From the NCBI GenBank assembly GCA_964365185.1, contig CAYIOP010000001.1, positions 34,675 through 98,674 of the forward strand: 64,000 nt of DNA. Direction: 5' to 3'. Numbering within the stretch: the stretch's first letter is position 1; each line of letters starts with the position of its first letter. Below are positions 27,837 to 37,607 of this stretch, in pieces. This stretch comes from an uncultured Candidatus Saccharibacteria bacterium. GTDB taxonomy: Bacteria > Patescibacteriota > Minisyncoccia > UBA6257 > 2-01-FULL-56-20. The notes under the pieces were generated by a model. That model was not told the DNA's origin. It made no database searches and was given only the letters and a program-made list of their open reading frames with translations. Both the position numbers and the translations under genes were made by a program.

Positions 27837-29504
27837 TTAGATAACTTTTTGTTGGTAGCAACTTTCGCAAAAAATAATTTCGGGTTGGTCAGGAGCGAAA
27901 TTTGTTTTAATTGGTTTTTGACAGTTCGCGCAATTGCGATCAAATATTTTAATTGGTCCTCTTCTATTTATCCTAGCTTGGTGGCGACAGTAAAAGCAAT
28001 GCCGCGGGAGAGGTATGGACATGAGTTTATAAAACTGGAATTCAGCTTGAATGATTTTGTAGTTTCGTTTACAAGAAACGCAGGCGAGAATTTCGTCTAT
28101 AATTTTTTCTGAAATTTCGCTAATATCATCTGGAATCTTTTCTGATTTCAGAGTTTCTTTTCCGGTTGTTATTTGAAGATTATCTTCCCAGCGATAACCT
28201 TGGGCAAGGGCTTCGTCTTTAGTGAGCGGCAAGTTGTCTTGCGCAATAGTTTCGTTATAGGCGAAGAGATTAAGAGCTGGTGGGAAGAAGAGTCCATAAT
28301 CCCCCGCCTGAATAAGTTCCTGCTTGATTGTGTTCGTAATTTGCCGATATTCTTTTTCGTCGTAGCGTTTATTTAGAATTGAAAATTTGGAGTTTTTTAT
28401 GCCATCGCAACCGAAACATTCTTGGCTATTACGCGTGGCGAAGCAATAAGCGACATCTTGAGCGTTTTCCACCCACCAAGAGCTGATGACTCTGGCGCTA
28501 TAACCAGTGGCAACTGCTTCCAACAACAATTCGGAGTTGCGGCCATGGCCGATAATGTCGTAGGTGTCTTTTGCTAATTTAACCGAGAAAGAGTAGTTGA
28601 CGTTTTCACAAAAGGCTAATTCAAATGAGGAGCGACAATTTTTTGATTCAAAAATGTAGTCGCCGGTTACAGCCACACTTTTTAGATTGTTGTTTTCGCG
28701 GCGTGGGAATTTAAGAGAAAATTCATCAAAGTTTTTCGCGAATTCTTTTATGGCGCTATAGCTGCCGATAATTGGTTCGACTTTCTTTTTCCACTCTTCT
28801 TTAGAGAGCGGTTCATTTAGAAAATGGTATTTTTTATGGCGAAGATTAACACAACCGAAGCAATTTTGAAGACCGACGCAATTTAAGAGAAATGAGGAAT
28901 CGAGGCATTCGGAAACATTTTGAGACCAAGAGACGCCTTTGCTGTTGTGAATATTTACTCCTTCGTAAATGTTTTCTGATTTATCAATATTGTAGCCGTC
29001 AAAGACATTGCGGCACTGGAGCATTCCGCGAGAATAGGCGCAGTTTTCATTATTGGGTCCGGAGTTGGCGACGAGATAGCAGTCCTTGTTGCCGCCAGCA
29101 AAGTTTTCATACGGACTGTTTACGCTTTTCATTACGTCGCTGCGGTAAAGTGCACATTTAGGAACTGAATGGGTTAATTCTTTGAATTGATCGAAAAAAG
29201 GCCGATTTGAATTATAAACTCGGCCGTAAGAAAAAGAATCCCATTTATCGCTATGCCAGCAATCGGGACAATATACCGTGAAAGTTGAGGAAGGGCTATA
29301 CATTGAAATAATCGGCTCATGGCAGAGATCACAGGAACGATTATATAAAACAAATTCGTTTCGAAATTGGGCCTTTCTTTTAAAGCGGCATTCAGGACAT
29401 AAAATAGGCGCCGGAACGCCCATTTTTTTATAGAAAGTGAAGTCGTCGGGTTCGATGGTGAACCCATTTTTGCAATTCTGACAAATTCTTGAATCTTGGA
29501 TCAT
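27837..29504 (-). CDS. Cys-rich zinc-ribbon family protein (tandem array member 4)
   Basis: MIQDSRICQNCKNGFTIEPDDFTFYKKMGVPAPILCPECRFKRK at the N-terminus. Internal NCFGCVNLRHKKYHFLNEPLSKEEW, and a C-terminal CFYCRHQ...IIFCESCYQQKVI. Confidence 0.6.
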   Translation of the reverse strand: MIQDSRICQNCKNGFTIEPDDFTFYKKMGVPAPILCPECRFKRKAQFRNEFVLYNRSCDLCHEPIISMYSPSSTFTVYCPDCWHSDKWDSFSYGRVYNSNRPFFDQFKELTHSVPKCALYRSDVMKSVNSPYENFAGGNKDCYLVANSGPNNENCAYSRGMLQCRNVFDGYNIDKSENIYEGVNIHNSKGVSWSQNVSECLDSSFLLNCVGLQNCFGCVNLRHKKYHFLNEPLSKEEWKKKVEPIIGSYSAIKEFAKNFDEFSLKFPRRENNNLKSVAVTGDYIFESKNCRSSFELAFCENVNYSFSVKLAKDTYDIIGHGRNSELLLEAVATGYSARVISSWWVENAQDVAYCFATRNSQECFGCDGIKNSKFSILNKRYDEKEYRQITNTIKQELIQAGDYGLFFPPALNLFAYNETIAQDNLPLTKDEALAQGYRWEDNLQITTGKETLKSEKIPDDISEISEKIIDEILACVSCKRNYKIIQAEFQFYKLMSIPLPRHCFYCRHQARINRRGPIKIFDRNCANCQKPIKTNFAPDQPEIIFCESCYQQKVI

Positions 29505-29520
29505 GAATCGTGAAGCGAGA

Positions 29521-29790
29521 TTAAAGGATTTGATAGAGGGTTTCTATGTTATCGGTTCGTGCATCGATGTAAAACTTTCCAAATTCCTGTCTTAGAACCA
29601 GTAAGGAATATCTTTGTTCGTTCCACTTTGGATCTTCGAGCGCGAAATCCAAAAGTTCAATCCCCCGTTCAAGGGCCTCCTTAAATAATTTATCGTTTTC
29701 TGTTTGCCAAGTTTTGGCTCGCATAATTTCAGAACCAATCATAAGGAGTTGCTGGCTCTTGGAAAAAATATTCCATCTCTTTTGGGTCAT
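29521..29790 (-). CDS. hypothetical small protein
   Basis: 89-aa ORF tightly packed between the Cys-rich array and the DUF87 ATPase. No motif recognised. Confidence 0.3.
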   Translation of the reverse strand: MTQKRWNIFSKSQQLLMIGSEIMRAKTWQTENDKLFKEALERGIELLDFALEDPKWNEQRYSLLVLRQEFGKFYIDARTDNIETLYQIL

Positions 29791-30093
29791 TTAAAAAAGC
29801 AAATTTTCAACTACTTTTTTAACCTTTTCTTTGATAGCGGAGTCCTGAATTTCCATTGAGCGATTACCAATAGTCGGGCGAATATTAATCATTGAAACGT
29901 AATCAATGCGCTTTTCGAGTGGATAGATGTTTGAGCCCCATAGATTTTTGAAATTTGAGCCATCAGCTTGAAGTTCCTCGGCGCAGTCAATATGGAGTTC
30001 GCAGTTCATACTTAAAATTCTTTTTTCAATATCAACCACCACTTTTATAAATGAGATGTCTTTTGGTAAAATGGTTTTTTCGCGGACAATCAT
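29791..30093 (-). CDS. hypothetical small protein (start trimmed to M28 to avoid overlap with ATPase)
   Basis: The ORF track gives 29791..30174. The first 27 codons overlap the ATPase C-terminus, and the internal Met at 30093 abuts the ATPase stop at 30098. Confidence 0.3.
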   Translation of the reverse strand: MIVREKTILPKDISFIKVVVDIEKRILSMNCELHIDCAEELQADGSNFKNLWGSNIYPLEKRIDYVSMINIRPTIGNRSMEIQDSAIKEKVKKVVENLLF

Positions 30094-30097
30094 GATT

Positions 30098-31564
30098 TTA
30101 AATAAGTGGTTCAGGTTCTTTGGTGGCTGGAGGATTTGGTTCTTCGGAGTCAGCGGTTCGGGGCTTACCTTCAATAATGGCTTTTTCCTGAGCGCTTCTA
30201 AAAATCGTGGCTTCTTCTTCAGTAATTAGTTTTTTAGCGGCGCCAGCTGGGATAGTGTATTTAGTCCTCGATAATTCCGTAATTTTTTCTTTAAATGTTT
30301 CATGAGTGGGAGGCAAAACCTTTAACGTTTCGGCCGAGAAAGGATCATAGGTTTCACCGTCAATGGTCATTTTGATATAGAATTCCTGCATACCAAGATT
30401 AATCATATCTTTGACTTTAAAAACCGGATCCATTTCGGGTTCGAGTTTGACTGCGTCTTCGCCGCCGACGCGGAAAATAATGATAGTGCCGGTATTGCCT
30501 AAAACAGCTGCCTGAACTCGGGGAATTAACTGAGCGGCGTATTGATGGGCGACAGTAAGGCATAAACCATATTTGCGGGCTTCAGAGAGAATGTTTTCAA
30601 AGGTTTCAGTGACTAAGTTATGAAACTCGTCAACGTAAAGATAGAAATCCGTTCGGGATTCTTCGGGCATGCCAGCTCGGGCCATTCCAGCTTGCTTGAT
30701 TTTAGTAATAAACATCGCACCCAAAAAACTTGAGTTTTCTTCGCCTAGTCGTCCTTTACAGAGATTAATAAAGAGAATTTTCTTTTTTCTCATTACTTCT
30801 TCTATATCAATTTTATTTTCTTTTTGACCAAAGATGTTTCGTAGTAATGGGTCGGAGAGAAATTGGCCAAGTTTATTTACTAGTGGAATAATAGCGTCGG
30901 TGTCGAATTTTTCCGACCAATCGGCGAATTCAATGGCCCAAAAACGTTTAACCATATCGTCTTCAATATATTCCACCACTTTCTGACGATAGTTGCGGTC
31001 GGTAAGCATTGAAATCATGCCGCGCATGGTGGCGTGAGGATAGTCGAGAAGAGCCAGACAAGTGAATCTGAAAACGTGTTCTAATCGCGGAGTCCAGTTG
31101 GCGCCAAATTGCTTTTCCATGACTTCAATTAAACCTTGAGTGAGTTGATGTTTGAAGGCCGGATCAACATTGGCTAAGGGATTAAATGAAACTGGATTAT
31201 CCAAATCGGTTGGGTCGATAATAACCACATCTTCAATTCTTTCCTTTGGGATGAATTTCAGGATTTCTTCGATTACATCTCCGTGCGGGTCCATAAGACA
31301 GAGGCCGTGGCCATACGCAACATCTTGTCGAATTAATAATTCCAAAAGTTTGGATTTGCCGACACCGCTTTTGCCGATAATATACATATGTCGGCGACGG
31401 TCTTTTCTTTTGATGCCAAAAATAAATTCCTTTTTTTCAAGCGCGGCCACATAGTTAGTGCGACCGATGAAGGAAATTTCCTTCGGGTCAATACGACCGT
31501 AGATTGGAAGCTCCGGTGGAGGCGGAGCGTATTTGATAATTTGAATTTTTCCGGCTTTACTCAT
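30098..31564 (-). CDS. DUF87-type P-loop NTPase (HerA/TraD/VirD4-like), paralog 2
   Basis: [40 protein letters not shown] and AHQ. The N-terminal 250 aa are about 45% identical to the ATPase at 1102..2922. It has no zinc-ribbon tail. Confidence 0.7.
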   Translation of the reverse strand: MSKAGKIQIIKYAPPPPELPIYGRIDPKEISFIGRTNYVAALEKKEFIFGIKRKDRRRHMYIIGKSGVGKSKLLELLIRQDVAYGHGLCLMDPHGDVIEEILKFIPKERIEDVVIIDPTDLDNPVSFNPLANVDPAFKHQLTQGLIEVMEKQFGANWTPRLEHVFRFTCLALLDYPHATMRGMISMLTDRNYRQKVVEYIEDDMVKRFWAIEFADWSEKFDTDAIIPLVNKLGQFLSDPLLRNIFGQKENKIDIEEVMRKKKILFINLCKGRLGEENSSFLGAMFITKIKQAGMARAGMPEESRTDFYLYVDEFHNLVTETFENILSEARKYGLCLTVAHQYAAQLIPRVQAAVLGNTGTIIIFRVGGEDAVKLEPEMDPVFKVKDMINLGMQEFYIKMTIDGETYDPFSAETLKVLPPTHETFKEKITELSRTKYTIPAGAAKKLITEEEATIFRSAQEKAIIEGKPRTADSEEPNPPATKEPEPLI

Positions 31565-31566
31565 AT

Positions 31567-32154
31567 TTATAAGTCGGCAGGGTTTATTAATTCTAGCTCT
31601 TTTAAAATAACTTCAAAATTATGAATGGTTTTTTTAACATCACTTGAGTCGATTTCAAAATTGGGATCGTCGACTATTCTATTGTGATATTCGTGGGCTT
31701 TCATGCCGGCGCGCCTGATCCAACCCAGTTCCTCGGACATAATTTGATTGATTTTATCGCCGGTGTTCTCGCCGCTAAAGCCAACGTTAGTTAGGGCTTG
31801 GCCCACAAATTTATCAGCTTCGATGATGGCCAATTTCATCTGATCTAGATTGCCTGAAAAAGCTTTTTCTCGAATTGAGCACCAGAAATTTAGCGCGGCT
31901 TTTTTTTCAGGAGTAAGTGGAGCAGGGGGTCGTTTTTTGATATTGATATGGGGCCTGAACATTCTGGCTTTATTTAAGAGAAATAAAAAGGTGACAAAGA
32001 GGCCAATGTCAACAGCAATCCAAAGAATTTTGAAATCAAAAGCTGGTTTTCTTGGCCAAGTAGAGAGGTTTAGATAAATGGGCCAAGCTAAGAGAGAAAG
32101 GCCGATAATAAAAACTAGACCGTGCAGAAATTTTAAAAGCTTTTCGAAATTCAT
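31567..32154 (-). CDS. hypothetical membrane protein (2 TM) adjacent to ATPase
   Basis: 195 aa with two N-terminal hydrophobic helices, then a soluble domain. Its stop is 3 nt before the ATPase start. Confidence 0.4.
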   Translation of the reverse strand: MNFEKLLKFLHGLVFIIGLSLLAWPIYLNLSTWPRKPAFDFKILWIAVDIGLFVTFLFLLNKARMFRPHINIKKRPPAPLTPEKKAALNFWCSIREKAFSGNLDQMKLAIIEADKFVGQALTNVGFSGENTGDKINQIMSEELGWIRRAGMKAHEYHNRIVDDPNFEIDSSDVKKTIHNFEVILKELELINPADL

Positions 32155-32166
32155 AAATAATTTGAA

Positions 32167-33552
32167 TTATAAGAATTTTTCGATATTTTCTTCTTCGCCG
32201 AAAATAGCGAGTCCTGCTGGCGGACCGGCTTTTCGGCTCTCTACTCGTTTAATATGTGGCGCTGTGATGACAAAAGATTGAGGCGGATGAAAGAGGGTGG
32301 CTAGCGCCTCGATATTTAAAGTGATTTTCTTGGAGGCAAAATTAAAGTTTAAGGGATGGGCGGATAATAGTTTTGCCCAAAAAGTTTTTTGAGGTTGTTT
32401 CCAGTGTCTGTAATTATAGAGCAGGCGTTGTTTACGATAGCGATTTCTGACTTTATGAAAAAGAAACGGCCAGTTCCAGAAAGTGAGCCGAGTGGAAACC
32501 TTGGCATTTTGACGGAAAGAATTGAGGTCTAAGCTGCTGTATTGATTAAAAGAACCAACAATGCCGCGGCGCGCAAAACTGTCATAAAACATTAGCTTGG
32601 GTGAGAAGTAGATGAATCGAATGGTAGTTTTGAAAGCGGACTTTGAAGTATATTGCTCAACAGCTTTTAGAATGTCGGTTTCGCCGGGCGATCGGGTAAG
32701 TGATTTGGCGAATAATTCTAGTTCGTTGGATTTAGGCGTTTCAGTGGTGAAAGTCGGCAAGGGTCCGCCGCCGGGAAATTCCGCTTTATTGGCTGATTTT
32801 AAATTGGCAATGGCATCGCGTTTGTTTTGGGACTCTTTTAATTCAGAGATTAAATGATTCCAATGGTCTTTCCAGTCTGGCGTGGCGGCTTCAATTAGAA
32901 ATTGAATACCGACCATTTCTTGTTTTTTAACTTTTCCAAAGACCTCTAAAAAGGCGGAAATTGGGTCGTATTCTTTTTCTTCTTCCATGGATTCAAAATG
33001 CGGGTAGGTTTTAATTGGGTAGGCCTCTTCCCTGTTTAGAATCATTTCACTACCCCAAAGCTCATAGTTTTTGTCTAGCATATCTTCAATATTTTCAGGA
33101 AATCGGTTTAAATAATCATCAACTTCGGCTAGTTCAAGGTCTGGGTAGTAGGCGTAAAAAGCGGCTTCAACTAAACTTCGATATTTATAATAGAGCCGGA
33201 TATAAAGATGAATTTCACCGCCAAAACTGGCCATTTCCAGCGAAAACCAGCGAGTGACTTCGCCGTCTCGATAATACTCCTGCAGGTCATAAGGAGCGTT
33301 TCTTAGTCCGTGAAGGGCGGCTAAAATTTGTTCCATAGCTTGCGGATTTTTTTTGGTTTCTCGAGGAATCACGATTTCTAGAAGTATCCATTTGAGGTAT
33401 TTTTTGTAACTTTCATGTCGCCAAAAAAGTAGCGTCTTTTCGGCGATGTTAAATAAAATAACCGCTAACACAAATAAACCGACCAGCGTGGCAATTTCTT
33501 GAAACAACGGCGAAGAAAAATTTGTAAGTTCAGCCGTTAAGTCCGCTCCCAT
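32167..33552 (-). CDS. hypothetical membrane-anchored protein (461 aa)
   Basis: Two N-terminal TM helices, then a large soluble region rich in aromatic residues. No recognised catalytic motif. Co-directional with the ATPase module. Confidence 0.35.
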   Translation of the reverse strand: MGADLTAELTNFSSPLFQEIATLVGLFVLAVILFNIAEKTLLFWRHESYKKYLKWILLEIVIPRETKKNPQAMEQILAALHGLRNAPYDLQEYYRDGEVTRWFSLEMASFGGEIHLYIRLYYKYRSLVEAAFYAYYPDLELAEVDDYLNRFPENIEDMLDKNYELWGSEMILNREEAYPIKTYPHFESMEEEKEYDPISAFLEVFGKVKKQEMVGIQFLIEAATPDWKDHWNHLISELKESQNKRDAIANLKSANKAEFPGGGPLPTFTTETPKSNELELFAKSLTRSPGETDILKAVEQYTSKSAFKTTIRFIYFSPKLMFYDSFARRGIVGSFNQYSSLDLNSFRQNAKVSTRLTFWNWPFLFHKVRNRYRKQRLLYNYRHWKQPQKTFWAKLLSAHPLNFNFASKKITLNIEALATLFHPPQSFVITAPHIKRVESRKAGPPAGLAIFGEEENIEKFL

Positions 33553-33599
33553 ATATTTAATTATAAACTGACTACTGTTTTGACGCTAGTATTTCGATA

Positions 33600-34628
33600 T
33601 TAGTCCTGTCGAATTCGGTAGGCGCCGTTTTCGAGTCGTTCAAAAAACTTACGATTTTGAAGATTAACAAGAATTGTGTTGGGCTTGACGATTTTTTCTT
33701 TGGCAATAGCCAAGGAAATTTCTTTAGTTTTCATTGGGCCGCTTTGCTGTAAAATTCTTTGAATCACCTCTTGAACTGTTCCTGGACGATAGCCTTGTTC
33801 GCTTAGTCCATAGATGCCTCGGCCGACCAAAACAAAACGTTGGTCTTTAATGAGCTCGTTATGAACCGTTGGCGAAAGCGCGGTTCGGCTATCAAATTTA
33901 ATCTTGTTGATTTCGGCGGCAATTTCATTGAAGTGCAAGGGTTTCCCTATTTTTTTTAGAACTAGATAAATTTTATCCTTAATGTTAACCGGTTTGATTT
34001 CAGGCCACTCAAGCAACCCAACATCACCTAAGGGGTTAGTGTGAATTTTTTTAGAAACCGCAATATAATTTTTTGCGTAGTTTTCGTTCAATTTCTGCTC
34101 TTTAATGAATTCTTTCTGAAATTGAGTGTAGTTGCCAGCTAAAACCGGATCTTTATTGGAGCGCATAAATTTTACTAATTGCGCTGTCATTTTTTGAAGC
34201 TCGACTAATTTTTCTTTATTAGAATAATAAAAAGACCAGAAATTTTTATCTTCGGGGTAGAAATTAAAAGCTCGGGTAGTATCTAAAAGCAAGGCCAGAT
34301 GATTGCGGTTAATGTCCGGAAAATTTTGATTGAGTTCGCCAATCATGCCCATTTCTTTAACTACTCCGCCTGCGGCCTGAAGATGTTTTTGGGCTTTAGC
34401 TAAAATAGCTTGGCATTCTGGATTGGATTTGATTTTTTCCTTAAGAATACCCAGCCCAACGTTTTCGATTTGCCGAATCCTCTCGCGCGTAAGATCGTAT
34501 TTTTTGCCAATGGCGGCTAGGGTTTGAGGTTTTTGGTTTTCAATGCCAAAGCGGCCCACGATGATTTCCTTTTGGCGAGGGTTTAGATGTTCCAGTAACG
34601 GATCAATGGCTTTTCTGATTTTTGTCAT
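33600..34628 (-). CDS. DNA-binding protein with sigma70 region-4-like HTH at N-terminus
   Basis: LNPRQKEIIVGRFGIENQKPQTLAAIGKKYDLTRERIRQIENVGLGILK resembles the sigma-70 region 4 helix-turn-helix. The C-terminal 250 aa are unassigned. Confidence 0.4.
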   Translation of the reverse strand: MTKIRKAIDPLLEHLNPRQKEIIVGRFGIENQKPQTLAAIGKKYDLTRERIRQIENVGLGILKEKIKSNPECQAILAKAQKHLQAAGGVVKEMGMIGELNQNFPDINRNHLALLLDTTRAFNFYPEDKNFWSFYYSNKEKLVELQKMTAQLVKFMRSNKDPVLAGNYTQFQKEFIKEQKLNENYAKNYIAVSKKIHTNPLGDVGLLEWPEIKPVNIKDKIYLVLKKIGKPLHFNEIAAEINKIKFDSRTALSPTVHNELIKDQRFVLVGRGIYGLSEQGYRPGTVQEVIQRILQQSGPMKTKEISLAIAKEKIVKPNTILVNLQNRKFFERLENGAYRIRQD

Positions 34629-34715
34629 AGTTTAGAATTCATTATATCATATAGAATTTATTAGTCAACTGTGGACAAGTCCCTCGCTTTTTAGTCAAAG
34701 AATGAGGGATGAAGA

Positions 34716-35630
34716 TCAGGGATTAGCTTTCGACTTTTGGGTGAAGTTGTGCCAAATATATAGAAGCGGGCTGGCGACAAAGATTGAAGAATAAACTCCG
34801 GTTGAGACGCCGACTAGAAGAGTCAGAATAAAATATTTGAGGGTAATGGGGCCGGCTATATAAAGCGCGAGTAAAACTAAGATTAGAGTTAAAGAAGTAT
34901 TGATTGATCGGGCGATGGTTTGATTGATACTCTTACCGATAATTTCTTTAAATTCTACTTTGCCGTGTGAGATGCTAAGATTTTCTCGAATGCGGTCGAA
35001 AACAACAATGGTGTCATGGACCGAGAAGCCCATAATCACCAAAAGGGCTACAATAAAATTGCCGTCGATTTCAACTCCGGCGGTTTTGCCGAGGATGGCA
35101 ATTAACCCGGCGGGGAGGGCGATGTCATGAAATAAAGTGACCATGGTTACAGCGCCGTATTTCCAGGAGCTAATGGGTTTAGAAACTTTTCTGAAGGCAA
35201 ATGAAATATAGAGCGAGACAATAATCAGCGATAGAATAATCGCGGTAATTGAATTCTTCCTTAGTTTTTGTCCGATGGATGGACCAATGGATTGAAAACT
35301 TAATTCTTCAAAAGAAGGATATTTTTGAATAAGGGATGATTGAATTTGTTGGTGGTCATTTTCGGTTAGGGGTTGGGTGCGTAGAATAAAATTTTTGGAG
35401 GTTAAACTGTAATTTAAGTGGAACTCCCCTACTTCTTCAAATTTTGCTTGGAAAAAGGTTTGCAGTTCTTCTGAGGTGGGAGCTTGTTCTTTAATTTCAA
35501 ATTGCCAGAGTGTGCCGCCTTTGAAATCTACAGATTCTTTGAGGCCGAAAAAAATAATACTTAAAATCGCCGCTAGGATTAAGAGGGATGAAATTACTAA
35601 ATATATTTTTCGGTGATTGATGATGTTCAT
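34716..35630 (-). CDS. secF: Protein translocase subunit SecF
   Basis: Start set at MNIINHRKIY (35630). The ORF-track extension to 35903 only reads through the heptad repeat and overlaps secD. Six TM helices with the SecD/F periplasmic and TM layout. Confidence 0.75.
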   Translation of the reverse strand: MNIINHRKIYLVISSLLILAAILSIIFFGLKESVDFKGGTLWQFEIKEQAPTSEELQTFFQAKFEEVGEFHLNYSLTSKNFILRTQPLTENDHQQIQSSLIQKYPSFEELSFQSIGPSIGQKLRKNSITAIILSLIIVSLYISFAFRKVSKPISSWKYGAVTMVTLFHDIALPAGLIAILGKTAGVEIDGNFIVALLVIMGFSVHDTIVVFDRIRENLSISHGKVEFKEIIGKSINQTIARSINTSLTLILVLLALYIAGPITLKYFILTLLVGVSTGVYSSIFVASPLLYIWHNFTQKSKANP

Positions 35631-35636
35631 GGAGAT

Positions 35637-35667
35637 TAGGTGATAGGTTTTAGGTTTTAGGTGGCAG
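35637..35667. repeat. heptad-periodic (T)AGG repeat between secD and secF
   Basis: tagg tgatagg ttttagg ttttagg tggcagg, with TAG at 35637, 35644, 35651 and 35658. Confidence 0.5.
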
Positions 35668-36913
35668 GTGTTTGGGGTTTTGGGGCTGCCTGTTTTTTGG
35701 CTAGCACTTTTAAAAGCAGGCGGGTGGTGGTGATGGCAGAGAACATACTGATTAAAACTCCAATTAGAAGGGTGATAGCAAAGCCGCGAATAAAGCTTGA
35801 GGTTAAGAAATAAAGAATTAAAGCGGTGATGATGGTGGAGATATTTGAGTCGCGGATTGAAGGCCATGCGCGCCTGAAACCTTCTTCCATGGCGTTTATC
35901 CAAGAGAGACCCCTTTTAGTTTCTTCTTTAATGCGTTCAAAAATAAGAATATTGGCGTCGACGGCCATGCCGATGGTGAGGATAAAACCAGCCAATCCCG
36001 CGAGGGTCATGGTAATAGAGAAAAGTTTGAAAACGCCTAAAGTTAAGGCGATATATATAAGTAGGGCTAGGACGGCGAAAATACCAAGATAGCGATAATA
36101 GAGAACCATAAAAATCATCACCAAAAGCGCTCCAATTAATCCGGCAACTAGGGCTCGATGAAGTGAGTCCGCGCCAAGTGTGGGACTGATAGTTTGTTGA
36201 TTGATTAAGGTGATAGGCGCGGGCAGAGCGCCGGCATTAAATCGTTCGACTAACTGTTTAGCTTCGGCAAGAGTAAATTTTCCGCTAATCACGGCTTTAC
36301 CGCCAGTAATTTTTTCTTGAACCACGGGCGCCTCAATTAAAACATTGTCTAGAAAAATAGCGATGGGTTTGCCGATATTAGCTTCGGTTAATCTTTCAAA
36401 AATTCCTCCGCCTTCTTCGTTAAATTCAATCGCGACTTCGGGTTGGCCGGTGGTGGGATCAAAATTTAGTTGGGCGCTTTTAACGTAGCGGCCGTTTAGA
36501 TTAGTCATAATAAAACTAGTGGTGCTGGCGTTTTGTTCCACTTCGCGGAAATCAAGAAAGGGGGTGGTGCCGATTTGAGCAATGGCCTCGTTGATATTTT
36601 TAACACCAGCCAGCTCGACAATTAAATTATTACTGTCAGCTGTTTTAGATATAAAAACCTGGGGTTCACTCACGCCAAAGAGGTTAACTCGGCGCTCAAT
36701 AACGTCTCTTAAGCCGTTTAGAACCGAATCTTGGTCTGAAGTAGGGACTTGGGAGAGATCAATTTGATAAATTAAGTAGCTGCCACCAACTAAATCTAGC
36801 CCAAGGCGCCAGGGTTGTTTTTTAAGGCCAAAACCAGCCGGGTAAATAAAAACCGCGGCGAGGATGGTGATAATGATGATTAAAAATAAAAAGAGACCGG
36901 GGTGATGTTTCAT
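35657..36913 (-). CDS. secD: Protein translocase subunit SecD
   Basis: N-terminal TM helix, a periplasmic domain, then a C-terminal 5-TM bundle (LAGLAGFILTIGMAVDANILIFERIKEE is the SecD/F signature). Confidence 0.8.
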   Translation of the reverse strand: MKHHPGLFLFLIIIITILAAVFIYPAGFGLKKQPWRLGLDLVGGSYLIYQIDLSQVPTSDQDSVLNGLRDVIERRVNLFGVSEPQVFISKTADSNNLIVELAGVKNINEAIAQIGTTPFLDFREVEQNASTTSFIMTNLNGRYVKSAQLNFDPTTGQPEVAIEFNEEGGGIFERLTEANIGKPIAIFLDNVLIEAPVVQEKITGGKAVISGKFTLAEAKQLVERFNAGALPAPITLINQQTISPTLGADSLHRALVAGLIGALLVMIFMVLYYRYLGIFAVLALLIYIALTLGVFKLFSITMTLAGLAGFILTIGMAVDANILIFERIKEETKRGLSWINAMEEGFRRAWPSIRDSNISTIITALILYFLTSSFIRGFAITLLIGVLISMFSAITTTRLLLKVLAKKQAAPKPQTPAT

Positions 36914-37207
36914 TGAGATTAGGTTTAAGGTGGCAGGTTATGGGTGATAGGTTGCTACGAAAGTTGGAATTTATTAACGATACGATTATAAAGGAAGGCG
37001 CTTAAATTGTAAACTCCTCTGAATAAGAGTTTTGTGAGTAATTTTTTTCTAGAGAGAAAGGTCTAAGTTAGAAAATTATTTATAAAACTTGATCGTTTTA
37101 TTTTTCGAATAGTGCCATTTTTATTTGAGTGGAATGAAATAAAAAAACGGGATGTAAATTTCTTTACATCCCGCAATATAATGAATGTGGTTTGTCGTCC
37201 GTGGGCG

Positions 37208-37507
37208 TTAGTTCTTTCGGATGATCCAGCCGCTGTGTTTTAAGTTTAAACCAGTGCATGTTCTCCCAAAATCCAGAAAGGACTCACGCTTTTTTACGCG
37301 CATTATTATACCTTTGACGGCCGCGTACTTTGTTTCAACTGCGCCGATGTATTGTGCGTAACATTCATCCTCTTTCTTATCAGAGTAAGACAAGTAATAT
37401 GGATCGATATGCGTGATACTTTTGAGTCGAGGTTTTACTTTGAATATCTTCATCATCGCAGCCAAAACTTTTTTCATTTTTGTTCTGATTAAGCCTCCGT
37501 GTATCAT
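37208..37507 (-). CDS. hypothetical small protein with strong Shine-Dalgarno
   Basis: 99-aa ORF preceded on the minus strand by GAAGGAGGAATAAATG. Confidence 0.4.
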   Translation of the reverse strand: MIHGGLIRTKMKKVLAAMMKIFKVKPRLKSITHIDPYYLSYSDKKEDECYAQYIGAVETKYAAVKGIIMRVKKRESFLDFGRTCTGLNLKHSGWIIRKN

Positions 37508-37607
37508 TTATTCCTCCTTCGGTGATATTTTGATTTCAAGATTTTAACTAATTACAATATATAAAATCGGGCAATATAGTCAATAGCCCTGCTTTAAAGA
37601 GCAATGT

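Noticed and set aside
27835-27870. N-terminal 12 codons of ORF 26182..27870 overlapping the upstream array gene
   Set aside because: The family-conserved start (M-TENKTCRNCQ) is the internal Met at 27834. The longer ORF-track start merely overlaps the neighbour's 3' end.
35631-35903. 91-aa His-rich N-terminal extension of the secF ORF (MDKRHGRR...HHHH...)
   Set aside because: It is simply the translation of the heptad repeat and of the overlap with secD. A proper start (MNIINHRKIY) with TM helix follows at 35630. The extension was treated as an artefact.
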